Part shown: in pieces, positions 11,632 through 22,212 of the stretch
Position numbering within the stretch: the stretch's first letter is position 1
Layout of the letters: the number at the start of each line of letters is the position of its first letter
From: Octopus bimaculoides
Taxonomy: Eukaryota
Reading direction: 5' to 3'
NCBI RefSeq assembly: GCF_001194135.2
Contig: NC_068996.1
Location: forward strand, 5,270,369-5,303,803
Length of the DNA: 33,435 bases
The notes under the pieces: generated by a model
Told to the model about the DNA's origin: nothing
Seen by the model: the letters and a program-made list of their open reading frames with translations, nothing else
The model's database searches: none
Program-made: the position numbers and the translations under genes

Positions 11632-12554
11632 GAATGCTACTGCTATTTAGCCCTAGGAAACACCGTTTCCTGTTGGCCTTGACACATTTCCTGTGTCTTT
11701 ATGTTTACAAAGGGGAGACAAGCACCTCCACCCAGCAAAGCCAGCATCCAGAGACTAGTTTCAGAGTCATTACTCATCAACAGTCTGGAGTAAGCATGGC
11801 TTGCTAGCTGTCGATGAATAAACTTATTCCGAACTCGAATTTGAATACTCGAAAAGACGCTTCCTAGCATTCCGACTAATTTAATGCTCTCGACGAGTAT
11901 TTTAATTTGAATGAGGCAAATACTAAATTCATTGACCGAAGTGCGAAATTGAATGATCGAAAAACAAATTTGAATGATTAACTTCATGGAGCTAATTTTT
12001 TTCGAAACTTTAAATGACTCGATTATCAAATTGAATGACAAACGTACGAAAATGACTGCAAAACCCTATATTTAGATAGGTTCTTCGTTTCTTTTAGAGT
12101 TATATTATCATCTACGGAAACTGATGTTTCGACCTATATCGACTTCCAACTTGCTTACAGGAGAAAATACATTCTCGTCGTTAGTGCCGTAAACGACACC
12201 TTCAAGTTGTATCATCTCATTGTATTTCCAGCGGTCACCGTATTCAGATGTTAAGGAGTGGAAAGCTTTTATTGAAGACAAAAAGAGGGAAAATTATGAC
12301 AGAAATTAACCAAGCAAAGACGTGAAAACCACCAAAAAGTGGAACATTACCTTCTTGGAATATGATATTCGAGTCATACGAAGCAGCTGCGAGAGCTTGA
12401 TAGATCTAAAGAATGGCCCAAAGGAAGGAGCAGATGAACATGTGGTATTGGAGAAAGGTGGCAGGAAGAGCTTGATAAGCAGAAGGAGAAAAAGGAACAG
12501 GAAAACCAGGAGCAGCCACAGGCGGTGGACGTGAAGTAGAATCAAGAAATGCGA

Positions 12555-12845
12555 AGGAGGAGGGCAGCAGGAGGAGGAAGAGGAGGAGAAAGAGGAGGAG
12601 AAGGAGGAGGAAGAGGCGGAGGAAAAAGAGGCGGAGGAGAAAGAGGAGAATGAGGAAAAGGAGGAGGATGGCAGCAAGAGGAGGAGGACAGCAAGAGGAG
12701 GAGGACAGCAAAAGGAGGAGGACAGCAAAAGGAGGAGGGCGGCAGGAGGAGGAGGGTCAGCAAGAGGAGGAGGGCAGCAGGAGAAGGAGGGACAGGAGGA
12801 GGAGGAGCAAGAGGAGGAGAAGCAGCAAGAACAGGAGAAGAAGGA
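12555..12845. repeat. Purine-rich low-complexity tract including a ~17-bp minisatellite (CAGCAAGAGGAGGAGGA)
   Basis: At least four consecutive 17-bp units from 12672, followed by degenerate copies. Confidence 0.85.
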
Positions 12846-13395
12846 GGGGAACCACTGAGACAAGATTTTGAAAGACACTCAGGCAAGTGTTTTGCGGTCG
12901 GTTCTAAATGTACATTTGTATAGTGAATTTATGTAAGTATTTGATCAGATTTTAGTTTTCATTCTTAGTTTTCTTGTGCTGGACGGTTAGTAAATGTTTT
13001 TTGGCTTAACATATTTAGCGAATATCAAAATAGATGTAATTAAAGATTTTCATACGTGTGTGTGTGGTGTGTGTGTGTGTGTATTGGGAGAAGTTTCTGA
13101 TAGTGCTGACAGGATAAATTTGGTCAGGACAGCAAGCTGTTCATGTTAAAACATGTTTAGTCCCGTTCAGACATAAATCTGTTGCCTATAAGTATAGAAA
13201 GTCCAAGTTATTTTGGTTGTAAATGCTATAGTGCTAACAGCAACAACCAAAGATTACTTTCCCTTGAATGCCAGATACATATTTTGTTTTGCTGCGGAGC
13301 TGTCTGAATCATCATGCTGCGTATATGCTGACTTAACTTTAAAATCTCAGAAACCTACCATTTCACCATTATTAAAAACAGAATTGCTATGAACT

Positions 13396-13455
13396 TTATT
13401 TCGGATATAAAGTAGGTGAACACGACTCTCGCATTTGCAGTGTGACAAGTTTAGG
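13396..13455 (-). CDS. Candidate exon C (possible terminal coding exon; alternative donor at 13359)
   Basis: Acceptor ATTATATATTTCAG; phase 0 reads PKLVTLQMRESCSPTLYPK* with AATAAA overlapping the stop; phase 2 is open to a TG|GTAGGT donor at 13359. Confidence 0.3.
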   Translation of the reverse strand, partial: PKLVTLQMRESCSPTLYPK

Positions 13456-13469
13456 CTGAAATATATAAT

Positions 13470-13685
13470 CTTTTCTACTTTAGGCACAAGGCCCGAAATT
13501 TTGGAGGCGGTCGCCAGTCGATTAGATCGACCCCAGTACGTAACTGGTACTTAATTTATCGATTCCGAAAGGATAAAAGGAAATGTCGACCTCGGCAGAA
13601 TTTGAACGCAGAATATAAAGACAGACGAAATACCGCTAAGAATTTCGCCCGGCGTGCTAACGTTTCTGCCAGCTGGCTTAATTGA
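13470..13685 (-). mobile_element. tRNA-derived SINE (family 1) with 14-bp TSD
   Basis: Minus strand: head CTGGCAGAAACGTTAGCA (A-box-like) ... GTTCAAATTC (B-box-like), central CCTTTCGGAATCGATAAATTAAGTACCAG; TSD CTGAAATATATAAT at 13456-13469 and 13686-13699; homologous to copies at 21315 and 32525. Confidence 0.92.
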
Positions 13686-14177
13686 CTGAAATATATAATG
13701 ATGAACGAAATAATTCAGTAATTATTGCAGCTAGTCATAATTATGAGTACCTTTCAATTCAATCTTCATTAGCAAAATTAATCTCCTTTTGAACTGACTT
13801 TGGAAGGTCTCTAAAGGAAGCTCAGCAAACAAATTCTGAACACCTCTTCACATTTACAGTTAAATATTTAAATATTTGGTATGCTGTCATATTTCATTTC
13901 AACACTTGACAGTGTCAACAAAATGTTGTCTTTCATTCTTAGTTTATTATTCATCAAAATGAATATGTTTAACAGTAGTATGCTTGAACTGGTGTAACCT
14001 ATTGCTTGGAGAAGTCATTGGCACCTAATCTGAAAACGTCACAAAAATTGCTTACAGAGCATTTCGATTTGAGATACTCTCGGAAGAATGAAAAGCAAAA
14101 CTGTCGAAGTGTGGACGAACTCAGAGGAATCAAAAGTTATCCAGTAATATAATGCATACGTATAAGAGTAAACTTAC

Positions 14178-14227
14178 CAATGACGACTGCAAATCCGGAA
14201 ATGAGTGTTCATCAAAAGCAACCAAGC
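14178..14227 (-). CDS. Candidate exon B (50 nt)
   Basis: TATTTTCTCTAG| ... TG|GTAAGT; two frames open (GLVAFDEHSFPDLQSSL or AWLLLMNTHFRICSRH). Confidence 0.4.
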
Positions 14228-14841
14228 CTAGAGAAAATATAGACTAAGATCGACACAATCGAAAATATCAGGTAGTTAAGATTTGGCAGCGTCCCTTGGA
14301 CTGAATATTTTCATCAACTCATCTCACTATGTGTTGTTGGTGGCGAAAGGAAAGTACGAAGCCAGTAAGTTAATGAGACTGGCGATCAAAGCAATGAAAT
14401 GGCTTTCAGAGAGCGTAAACAGTTTCTCAAACAGATCAACTTCGCTCAGTTGAGAAGCTGAAATGATTGTTTTGCCCCTACGAATTTTGATAAGATCTCC
14501 GAACATTTTGAAAATGTGAGGCTGAATTTTTTTTTTTTATATATGACAAACGGCAATAAAATTACATTTAAACAAGCAAACGTATCATTTGTACTACACA
14601 GAGGAAAATGATTTCACAAACTGTAATTTTCAAATAAAACAATAAAAAGGTAGAAAATCTTCTACTAATTTTTCTTGAGAAAAGCAATTATGAATATAGG
14701 ATAGCTCTCAGAAAAGAGTGAGGTAAAGGTTTCACCAAGTCTGTCTCTTTACTTGATAGTTTTATTCAAGAACAGACAAGAAGAAATGTAATTTCCCTCT
14801 ACGTTTAAAAAACATGTGAGGATTTTTCAGTGTAATCTCAC

Positions 14842-14897
14842 CGGAGCATTTGAAAGCAGCCTTAGCTAATATACGGAATTCTGTAGTTTTCATGGAT
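14842..14897 (-). CDS. Candidate exon A (56 nt)
   Basis: ATTTTTCTTAG| ... CG|GTGAGA; phase 0 gives IHENYRIPYIS*, phase 2 gives SMKTTEFRILAKAAFKCS. Confidence 0.4.
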
Positions 14898-16053
14898 CTA
14901 AGAAAAATATATATGTCTAAACACTCGTCCCCAAACTAAGAACAACGTGAAGCTGTGTTGATGCGGTATACGCATTATGTAGCTTATTATAAAGTGCGTA
15001 TTATAAAGTGTGATGGAAAAGATAGCAACCAGAGTTATTGGCAGTGGCATTGATCCTACCATTGTATTGCAGTACGAGCAGGTAATGTGAGCCGAAATTA
15101 TCAAAATCTAGATGTGGTCGTCGGGCGTCTGCAAGGACGTAAAGATCTCAATGATCCCTGAAAACCACAGAGCCATCCAGGAGTTGAGTCCAATCTTCGG
15201 TTCAGAAAGACAACTCAAATGTTAACCATGTGACAGTATGAATCACAGGAAGTTTTTCTACCACGAGGAGCTAGAAAACCTGGTGAAAATAGGAATGGTA
15301 TGAGAGAGGAAAAGGGAGAGAAAATGTACTGAAGGGAGAGAGAAATGTAGAGAATTCATTCAACAGGTCCCGGAAATTGCTGTTTCCACAATACTAGTTC
15401 TAACTCCGATAATAACCGGAGAGAGCCTCGTATACGGTATCGCCAATTGACAGCCAATGGGATGGGCAGAGACCAGAAAACTGAGGCCAGAAATCTGAGA
15501 CCCCATCTATTGCCTTGTCGTAATAAGGACAAAGGGAAGGCTAAAAAGCGATGGCAAGCTATGGTTAATGAGAAAAGCACAAGAACGCGAAAACAAAGAA
15601 AATGTGCTCAAAGAGTGACTAAGGTGCAAAGGGTGGAGCCCAAATCTTCCATTTATGCTGAGCATTACATGGGAGTTGATATCAAAACCGCATTCAAGTT
15701 AAACATACTGATGTATCTGCAGACGATATACTGACAGAGGATCAGCAGGAGTGGAAAATTAGTTAATTTAATCATGAAAATGACTTCCTATTCGGGTCTA
15801 TGTTGGGTACCAATCTGTGTTACATATTTTTTATTTCAATTCTAATCATATCTTGTTTTAATTACTGTTTGCCTTATATAATCATATATTCATTCTATGT
15901 TATCAATTTATAAGATAGAATGTTAATATATTCAATGTAAAACGTCTTTATCACTCCTCTTGTTATATATCTTTGTCACACCAATTCCCGCTTTTGTGAC
16001 GAGGATAAGGTTTATTATGTATTTGCATAGATCCTTAAGGCGAATAGTTAATT

Positions 16054-16054
<1 letters not shown>

Positions 16055-16096
<42 letters not shown>

Positions 16097-16125
16097 ATCG
16101 TCGCCAATTTGTTGTTGTTGTTGTT
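16055..16125. repeat. (GTT)n microsatellite, interrupted
   Basis: Visible tandem repeat. Confidence 0.9.
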
Positions 16126-17174
16126 ATCTGAATGCGTTGAGTTTGAGTTGGTCTTTGCCTGAGAGTCCTATTGTTTATAACATGGAAACTCGAAGAAGAA
16201 GAAAAACGCACTTAAATCATGTTTACCTCACTGTCAAAGCTATGCTGAACTGCTGTCACCAATACCTCATAGATCATTCAGGACACTGACCTGTAGCCAT
16301 GATATAACTCTCTAACCAAAGGTTGCAAGCAAAAATAAATCGTGCAAAATTAACTGTCAGCTAAGTAAATCTCTTGTAAATATGTTTTCCAAGTAGTTTT
16401 CCTTTGTAGCTTTTGTTAATGGACGTGTCTACGTTAACATAAAGACACCTGTAGCGTTAGGATCAAAGAATGTCTGCGTGAATTTTGCCAATCATCTCAT
16501 TTGCAAATTCTTTTTGTTTAGCTCTTTCTTTCTTCATAACGTTCCATGAATCAAAAAACAAAATAAGAGGATAGAAGAAAGTAAAAAAAAAAAATGATTG
16601 AATGCGTGGATAAATAAAAGAAAAGAAGAGACATTTCAAGTTAATTTCTTAGAAATATACTAATCTCTTTATTGGCGGTATCGCTTTATTCAGCTTAAAA
16701 TTACCATTAAAAACTTACAATTCTGAAACTTGTTCTGCTAATATAAATGATAATTAAACCACTAGATATTTTCAGCCATCGATTTTTAATATATGTACAA
16801 AACCACAGAAAATACTTTGGTGTATTAAGAGTGGGGAGATCGCACATCGTTACAGGCACAGAACTAAGCTCATGGTTAAGACACTGGCTTTCCAAATGGT
16901 TTCATTCACCGAAATTTAGATAGCTACTGTACTAAAAAGAACATACAATACTGCAAGAAACAACGCTATAAAATTTATCAATGTTCTGCTAGCATCAGTG
17001 TTGAATCAACTCCTCGGAGACGGATGAAAGCTTCTGAAGAGTTGATTGGATACAATACTAGATGTAATATTTTCAGTTGTTTTTTCCATAACCACTTGTG
17101 CTATGAGATGTTTCATGTAAAAACAAATTGGGTTCATTTTCTTTTTCTGTTCGTCAGTACCTTTATTAAATCGG

Positions 17175-17552
17175 CTACCTTTTATCCTTTGCTTGTTTCA
17201 GTCATTAGATTGCAGCCTTGCTGTGACACCACCTTGAAGAATTTTAGCCGAATGAATCGACCTCACTACTTATTTTTATTCTTTTTCAAGTATGGTACAT
17301 ATCCTGTCGGTCTCTTTCGCCGAACCGCTAAACACACCAACACCGGTTGCTAAGCGGTGATAGTGACAAACACAGTTACAAAGACACACATATATAACGA
17401 CGGACTTCTTGTAGTTTTCACTTACTAAATCCACTCAGAAGACCCGAGGCTATTGTAGAATACACTTACCCAAGGGGCCACACAGTGGAACTGGATCCAG
17501 AACTATGTGGCTGGGAAGCGAACTTCTCACCACGGAGCCACGCCTACACCTA
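17175..17552 (-). mobile_element. tRNA-derived SINE (family 2)
   Basis: Minus-strand head GGCGTGGCTCCGTGGTGAGAAG...CCCTTGGGTAAGTG; body GGTTCGGCGAAAGAGACCGACAGGAT; tail GACTGAAACAAGCAAAGGATAAAA; similar to 18095-18485 and 19140-19370. Confidence 0.85.
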
Positions 17553-17709
17553 TATTTATACGTAGTGAAAAACAAAATATTATGGCAATGATTGTCTTTC
17601 TGAAGGATATTAACGTCAGAGTTAAAATGAAATTATTCCATGTGAATATCAAAACCGTGTTGTTGACTCAACTCATCGGGACATTATCTTTCTGTCCTAT
17701 ATCTCTCAC

Positions 17710-17791
17710 CAAAGGATGCTGGGTTGTTCGTGTGAAATTAAACAGTTCTAACCGGATGTCACCAGGGGGTTTCCCCTCTTTCTTTACGTTT
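17710..17791 (-). CDS. Candidate exon D (82 nt)
   Basis: TCTATTAGTTTACAG| ... TG|GTGAGA; only one frame open: NVKKEGKPPGDIRLELFNFTRTTQHPL (phase 2 in, phase 0 out). Confidence 0.45.
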
Positions 17792-18094
17792 CTGTAAACT
17801 AATAGATAAAATATGACATGTATAAATATAGTTGACGTTTTATGTACCAAAACGATTAGTCTACATTTGATGAATATGTAATGATTTCAGAAAAAGCGCA
17901 ATATATAGGATTGCCAGACTCGACTACAAGTGGCAGACATCGCTTCTTTTCAGAACTGCACGTCCTTTTTCTCTTCTTTATTTCTTTAATTTTTCTGCTT
18001 TCTTTCTCTTATTTACTGCTAAAAATATTTTTTTTAAATATAAGAATGTTTTTGAATATCTTTATATACTCTGAATTTTATCTTTTAAGTGTTT

Positions 18095-18485
18095 TAGTCA
18101 TTGAACTTTGGCCAGGCTGTGGCATCGCCGCTTTGGTGGGTTCTAGTCGAACAAATTCACCCCAGTACTCATGCTTGAACCTACTCTGAAAATTATTGTG
18201 GAACTTATTGTTTCTGATCTTTTCGCCAAAAACCGTAAAGTTACGAAGAAGTAAACAAACCAACACTCGTCAACAAATTAGAGGAGGACAAGATGCACAT
18301 ATTAATTAACATATATGCAACGGGTTTCCACACGGTTTCCGTTTATAAGATTCATTCACAAAAGATTTGATCGACTCAAAGTTATTATACGAGTAACTTC
18401 CTCAAAGTGCTGAGCAGTGGTGCTGAACTCGAAACTTCGGAGTTCCAAAGCAAGCTTCTTAACCACATAGTCATGCATTAACCTA
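18095..18485 (-). mobile_element. Decayed SINE (family 2)
   Basis: Head GCATGACTATGTGGTTAAGAAGCTTGC and colinear similarity to 17175-17552. Confidence 0.7.
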
Positions 18486-18563
18486 CGTTAAAAGACACAA
18501 AAATAAAAACTGACATATCAACAAACCCCATATATATATAATATATATAACATATAATATATA

Positions 18564-18596
<33 letters not shown>

Positions 18597-19118
18597 NNNN
18601 NNNNNNNNNNNNNNNNNNNNNNNNNNNNNNNNNNNNNNNNNNNNNNNNNNNNNNNNNNNNNNNNNNNNNNNNNNNNNNNNNNNNNNNNNNNNNNNNNNNN
18701 NNNNNNNNNNNNNNNNNNNNNNNNNNNNNNNNNNNNNNNNNNNNNNNNNNNNNNNNNNNNNNNNNNNNNNNNNNNNNNNNNNNNNNNNNNNNNNNNNNNN
18801 NNNNNNNNNNNNNNNNNNNNNNNNNNNNNNNNNNNNNNNNNNNNNNNNNNNNNNNNNNNNNNNNNNNNNNNNNNNNNNNNNNNNNNNNNNNNNNNNNNNN
18901 NNNNNNNNNNNNNNNNNNNNNNNNNNNNNNNNNNNNNNNNNNNNNNNNNNNNNNNNNNNNNNNNNNNNNNNNNNNNNNNNNNNNNNNNNNNNNNNNNNNN
19001 NNNNNNNNNNNNNNNNNNNNNNNNNNNNNNNNNNNNNNNNNNNNNNNNNNNNNNNNNNNNNNNNNNNNNNNNNNNNNNNNNNNNNNNNNNNNNNNNNNNN
19101 NNNNNNNNNNNNNNNNNN
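18597..19118. other. Assembly gap
   Basis: N run flanked by (TA)n. Confidence 0.99.
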
Positions 19119-19139
19119 TATATATATATATATATATGC

Positions 19140-19370
19140 ATATGTTTGTTTGTCTGTGTAAACATATGCATATGTTTGTGTGTCTGTGTTTGTCCCCACC
19201 ACCACCGCTTCAAAAACCGATGGTAGTGTGTTTACGTCATCCGTAAATTAGCGGTTCGGCATAAGGATCCGATAGAATAACTCCTGCTGCCGATCTTTTC
19301 GACTGAAGGCAGTGCTCCAGCATGGCCGCGGTCAAACTACTGAAACAAGTAAAAGAATAAAAGAAAGAAT
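19140..19370 (+). mobile_element. 3' half of SINE (family 2)
   Basis: TGTTTGTCCCCACCACC...AGCGGTTCGGC...CAGCATGGCCGC...CTGAAACAAGTAAAAGAATAAAAG, reverse-complement similar to the 3' part of 17175-17552. Confidence 0.8.
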
Positions 19371-19620
19371 ATATATATATTTATATATATGTATGTATCT
19401 TTTAAATTCGTTTATGGTAACATTAGGGGTATGCAAATAAAGCTCCTATTTCATTATACCAGCTACCCTCAAATGATACTGACTAGTAAGTCAGTTTTTT
19501 CAGGGTTGCATCAAGGTTGTACCGATATAATGTAGGATAAATATAATAATAACAATAATTCTAGGATGGAATTTATAAATATTTAATAAATCGCTACGCG
19601 CGTTTTCACGAATCACCTAA

Positions 19621-19621
19621 A

Positions 19622-19664
<43 letters not shown>
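19621..19664. repeat. (ATT)n microsatellite
   Basis: Visible tandem repeat. Confidence 0.95.
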
Positions 19665-19666
<2 letters not shown>

Positions 19667-20375
19667 AACCGGGAAACCTCTTTGTGTGTTCCTTACGTGC
19701 ATTAATGTGAACTAACCATAATCCTATAAAACATCTGACAACCTCTCCGAAATTTTCGATTAGTTCATATTCATAAAAAAATATATCTTAGATAATTCTT
19801 ATCTGATGCTGTCTACCAACTGATTCAACTTAATAGCTTTTAGTATAGGATAAATGCTTATTTTGAAGAAGAGAATCATGATATCGAATACAATCTGGTA
19901 ATTTCTCGATACAGTAGGTATTCACATACATAATGTAGCAGGTTAAAAACTGTCGATTAAGGGAGATCATCCTAGAAGTCAGTAAACAATAAGCTTGTTT
20001 TTTGAGTGTTTAAAGCTATAACCAACAAGCAAGGGAAATAACTTCAATAAAAATCATTTAATCGGAATATTCGGATAATGCAGATGCTGCTGATTGGTGT
20101 GTGCAATGGAGGAAATCTGCCAACCAGAATAAGTTTTGTTTATTTCAATATAAGACCTTGAGGTAGGTTCTTCTTAAAACAATCTTTGAGAGGGTTATTG
20201 TGTAGGAAGCCGATAAGTAATTCCAATTTATATCGCCATATGAGAATGACGCCATAATCATATAAGGTATATTTGCAAAGGCTTCAATTTAAAGTGGCTT
20301 AACAAGGGTCACTCAACCAGATCACATCAAAGTAGTTTGGCGTTTAATGATATCTGGTGGAAGTTACAGACATAC

Positions 20376-20417
20376 TTCGGTTTGGTATCGCCACCAAAGG
20401 AAGCATATTCTCGACAA
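20376..20417 (-). CDS. Candidate exon E (42 nt)
   Basis: CTAGTCTTACCAG| ... AA|GTATGT; phase 2-2 frame CREYASFGGDTKP joins F and D without a stop. Confidence 0.35.
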
Positions 20418-20721
20418 CTGGTAAGACTAGGTAGCACAAGAATGAACAACAATTTTGCAACATTGATTAAGAATACCAACAGACATGTATGCTCCTACCG
20501 CTATTTGGTTTTCAATACAAGATTCCTATCGTTCTGCCTTGTCTATATTGCTAAGAATTTTTATATCAGCTGGAGTTATCACTTTTGGCTATTTCTATTT
20601 TTTTTTTTTTTTGTGGGTGGGGATTTGAAAAACATTAGTGAGACTTTATGTCCACTAATTACTGGAATAATATCAGTCGATCGAAATTCTATGATATTAT
20701 TTTTAAGACACACTTAAAATA

Positions 20722-21024
20722 CATTATTTATATTTCACGGATATGCCCACGGGCATGTGGTGCAATGGTTAAGAGCGCGAGCTACTAACCCCAAGATTCC
20801 GAGTTCGATTCCAGGCAGTGACCTGAAAAATAGTAATAATAATAATAATGATAATAACAACAACAACATCGAAAAATACCTTAAGAATGAGAACCCAGGA
20901 TGAAGGCTGGAGGGCATATCAGCCGAAACGTTGTGTTAACAATAAACAAGATGAGGACAAATATCCGTCAAATGTTAATAATGTAAACAATGTACATAAT
21001 TTCTCATCTCTTAAATATAGAACT
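20722..21024 (+). mobile_element. tRNA-head SINE (family 3) with AAT-rich linker, relic hammerhead-like 3' part and 12-bp TSD
   Basis: A box TGGTGCAATGG (20758-20768), B box GAGTTCGATTCC (20801-20812); TSD ACACTTAAAATA at 20710-20721 and 21025-21036. Confidence 0.85.
20898..20937 (+). ncRNA. Relic minimal type I hammerhead-like motif (catalytic core incomplete)
   Basis: GATGAA-GGCTG...CAGCC-GAAAC-GTT-GTGTT; lacks the CU of CUGAnGA and a proper stem I partner. Confidence 0.45.
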
Positions 21025-21081
21025 ACACTTAAAATATCCTAATGACATCCACTCCTGTGTTAAAAAACTGACCTAAGTTAC

Positions 21082-21197
21082 TGAACAATTGACGAACATT
21101 CATTAGATTGTTGAGTAAAGAAGTCTTTTAACAGACCTAAACCATGAAATTCATGTTTACACGGCGTTTCTATGTAAGTTAATCTATCAACAACAAT
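21082..21197 (-). CDS. Candidate exon F (116 nt)
   Basis: Very strong acceptor TTTTTTTTTTTTCAG|; only phase 0 open: IVVDRLTYIETPCKHEFHGLGLLKDFFTQQSNECSSIV; donor CA|GTAACT is moderate. Confidence 0.45.
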
Positions 21198-21314
21198 CTG
21201 AAAAAAAAAAAAACACTAGGCTTCATTTTGAATTATTGGATATAGGAAATTTATTCGAAGGAATAAACTTCATTTAATATAAATTTCATCCAAATTTTGC
21301 TACGCAATTCTAAA

Positions 21315-21530
21315 GCTGCCAGCTGGTAGAATCGTTAGCATGCCGGACAAAATGCTTAGTGACATTTCTTCCAACTTTATATTCTGAATTCAAATGCCGC
21401 CGAGGTTAGCATTTCCTTTCATCCTTTTGGGGGTCGATAAAATAACTAACAGCTGAGTACTGGGGTTGATATCATCTACTTATCCCATTCATCAAAATTG
21501 CTGGCCTTGTGCCAAGATTTGAAATCAATA
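21315..21530 (+). mobile_element. tRNA-derived SINE (family 1), diverged
   Basis: GCCAGCTGGTAGAATCGTTAGCATGCCGG...CCTTTCATCCTTTTGGGGGTCGATAAAATA...GGCCTTGTGCC; colinear with 13470-13685. Confidence 0.88.
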
Positions 21531-22147
21531 TCACAGTTCTTTATGTGTCTCCCCGCCTCCATACTGAGGCATCTTAATACATCAATCCTTTTTTTTTCTT
21601 TAACTAATAATTAACACCCTTCCCTCCCACTATTCCATATTTCATTTCACTTCTGTCGATAGGGTCTCCACGCCTTTTGACCACTTCCTTTTCTCTCTCA
21701 GATATAATTATCAAAAACAAACTACCATGCAAAAGAATGAAGAAACTGACAAAAGAAAATAAAAATAAAGTAAAAAACAAAAGATAGAGGAAATAGAGAA
21801 AGAGAGAACAAATCTATGAACGTGTGTCATGGCGGCAAGGGTGATGAGATTGAATGATATTTTGAATTAACAATAAAACGAGACAAACAAAACTCGTGTC
21901 ATATCAACATTCCGTGAAAGGCATTATCGCTAATCTTACAGATAGATTAAACATTTAAAACTAAGCGACTTAATTGAACAACCGATATCTGAGATGTATC
22001 AGATATCTGTTATTTACCTTGCTGAGGTCGTCAGCAAAATTTTTTTTTTTCTTTTGTTGTTGCGTTAGAGTTACTGTTATTGTTCCTTTCATTCTCCGTC
22101 TTTCTTTTTTCTAATCAAAATCGTTGCCAACCAGGAAAAACAGAAGC

Positions 22148-22210
<63 letters not shown>
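22148..22210. repeat. (AAT)n microsatellite
   Basis: Visible tandem repeat. Confidence 0.95.

Positions 22211-22212
<2 letters not shown>

Larger units (their letters stand above)
9903..12066 (-). mobile_element. Probable full extent of the IS630/Tc1-like element (degenerate TIR pair, TA flanks)
   Basis: Right end GACTGCAAAACCC|TA (reverse complement TA|GGGTTTTGCAGTC) resembles the left end TA|GGTTTTTGAAGTT at 9901-9915; linkage across gap 11326-11631 is inferred. Confidence 0.45.

Noticed and set aside
12092-12886. Possible plus-strand exon and E/K/R-rich ORFs
   Set aside because: All frames stop soon after the acceptor at 12091, and the 17-bp unit breaks frame; low-complexity DNA.
15030-15760. 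GC-richer block with short ORFs (15356-15580, 15447-15734)
   Set aside because: Might be a decayed LINE ORF1-like remnant, but I found no motif strong enough to name.
16707-16895. Minus-strand ORF ending at a perfect GTAAGT donor near 16718
   Set aside because: No acceptor gives a phase that links exons D and A; left out of the gene model.
20751-20825. Apparent tRNA gene
   Set aside because: A and B boxes are present but the acceptor and anticodon stems pair poorly and it lies inside a TSD-flanked unit: a SINE head.
21985-22040. Two adjacent short hairpins (GATATCTGA/TCAGATATC and TTGCTGA/TCAGCAA)
   Set aside because: 7-9 bp stems with no supporting context; compatible with chance.
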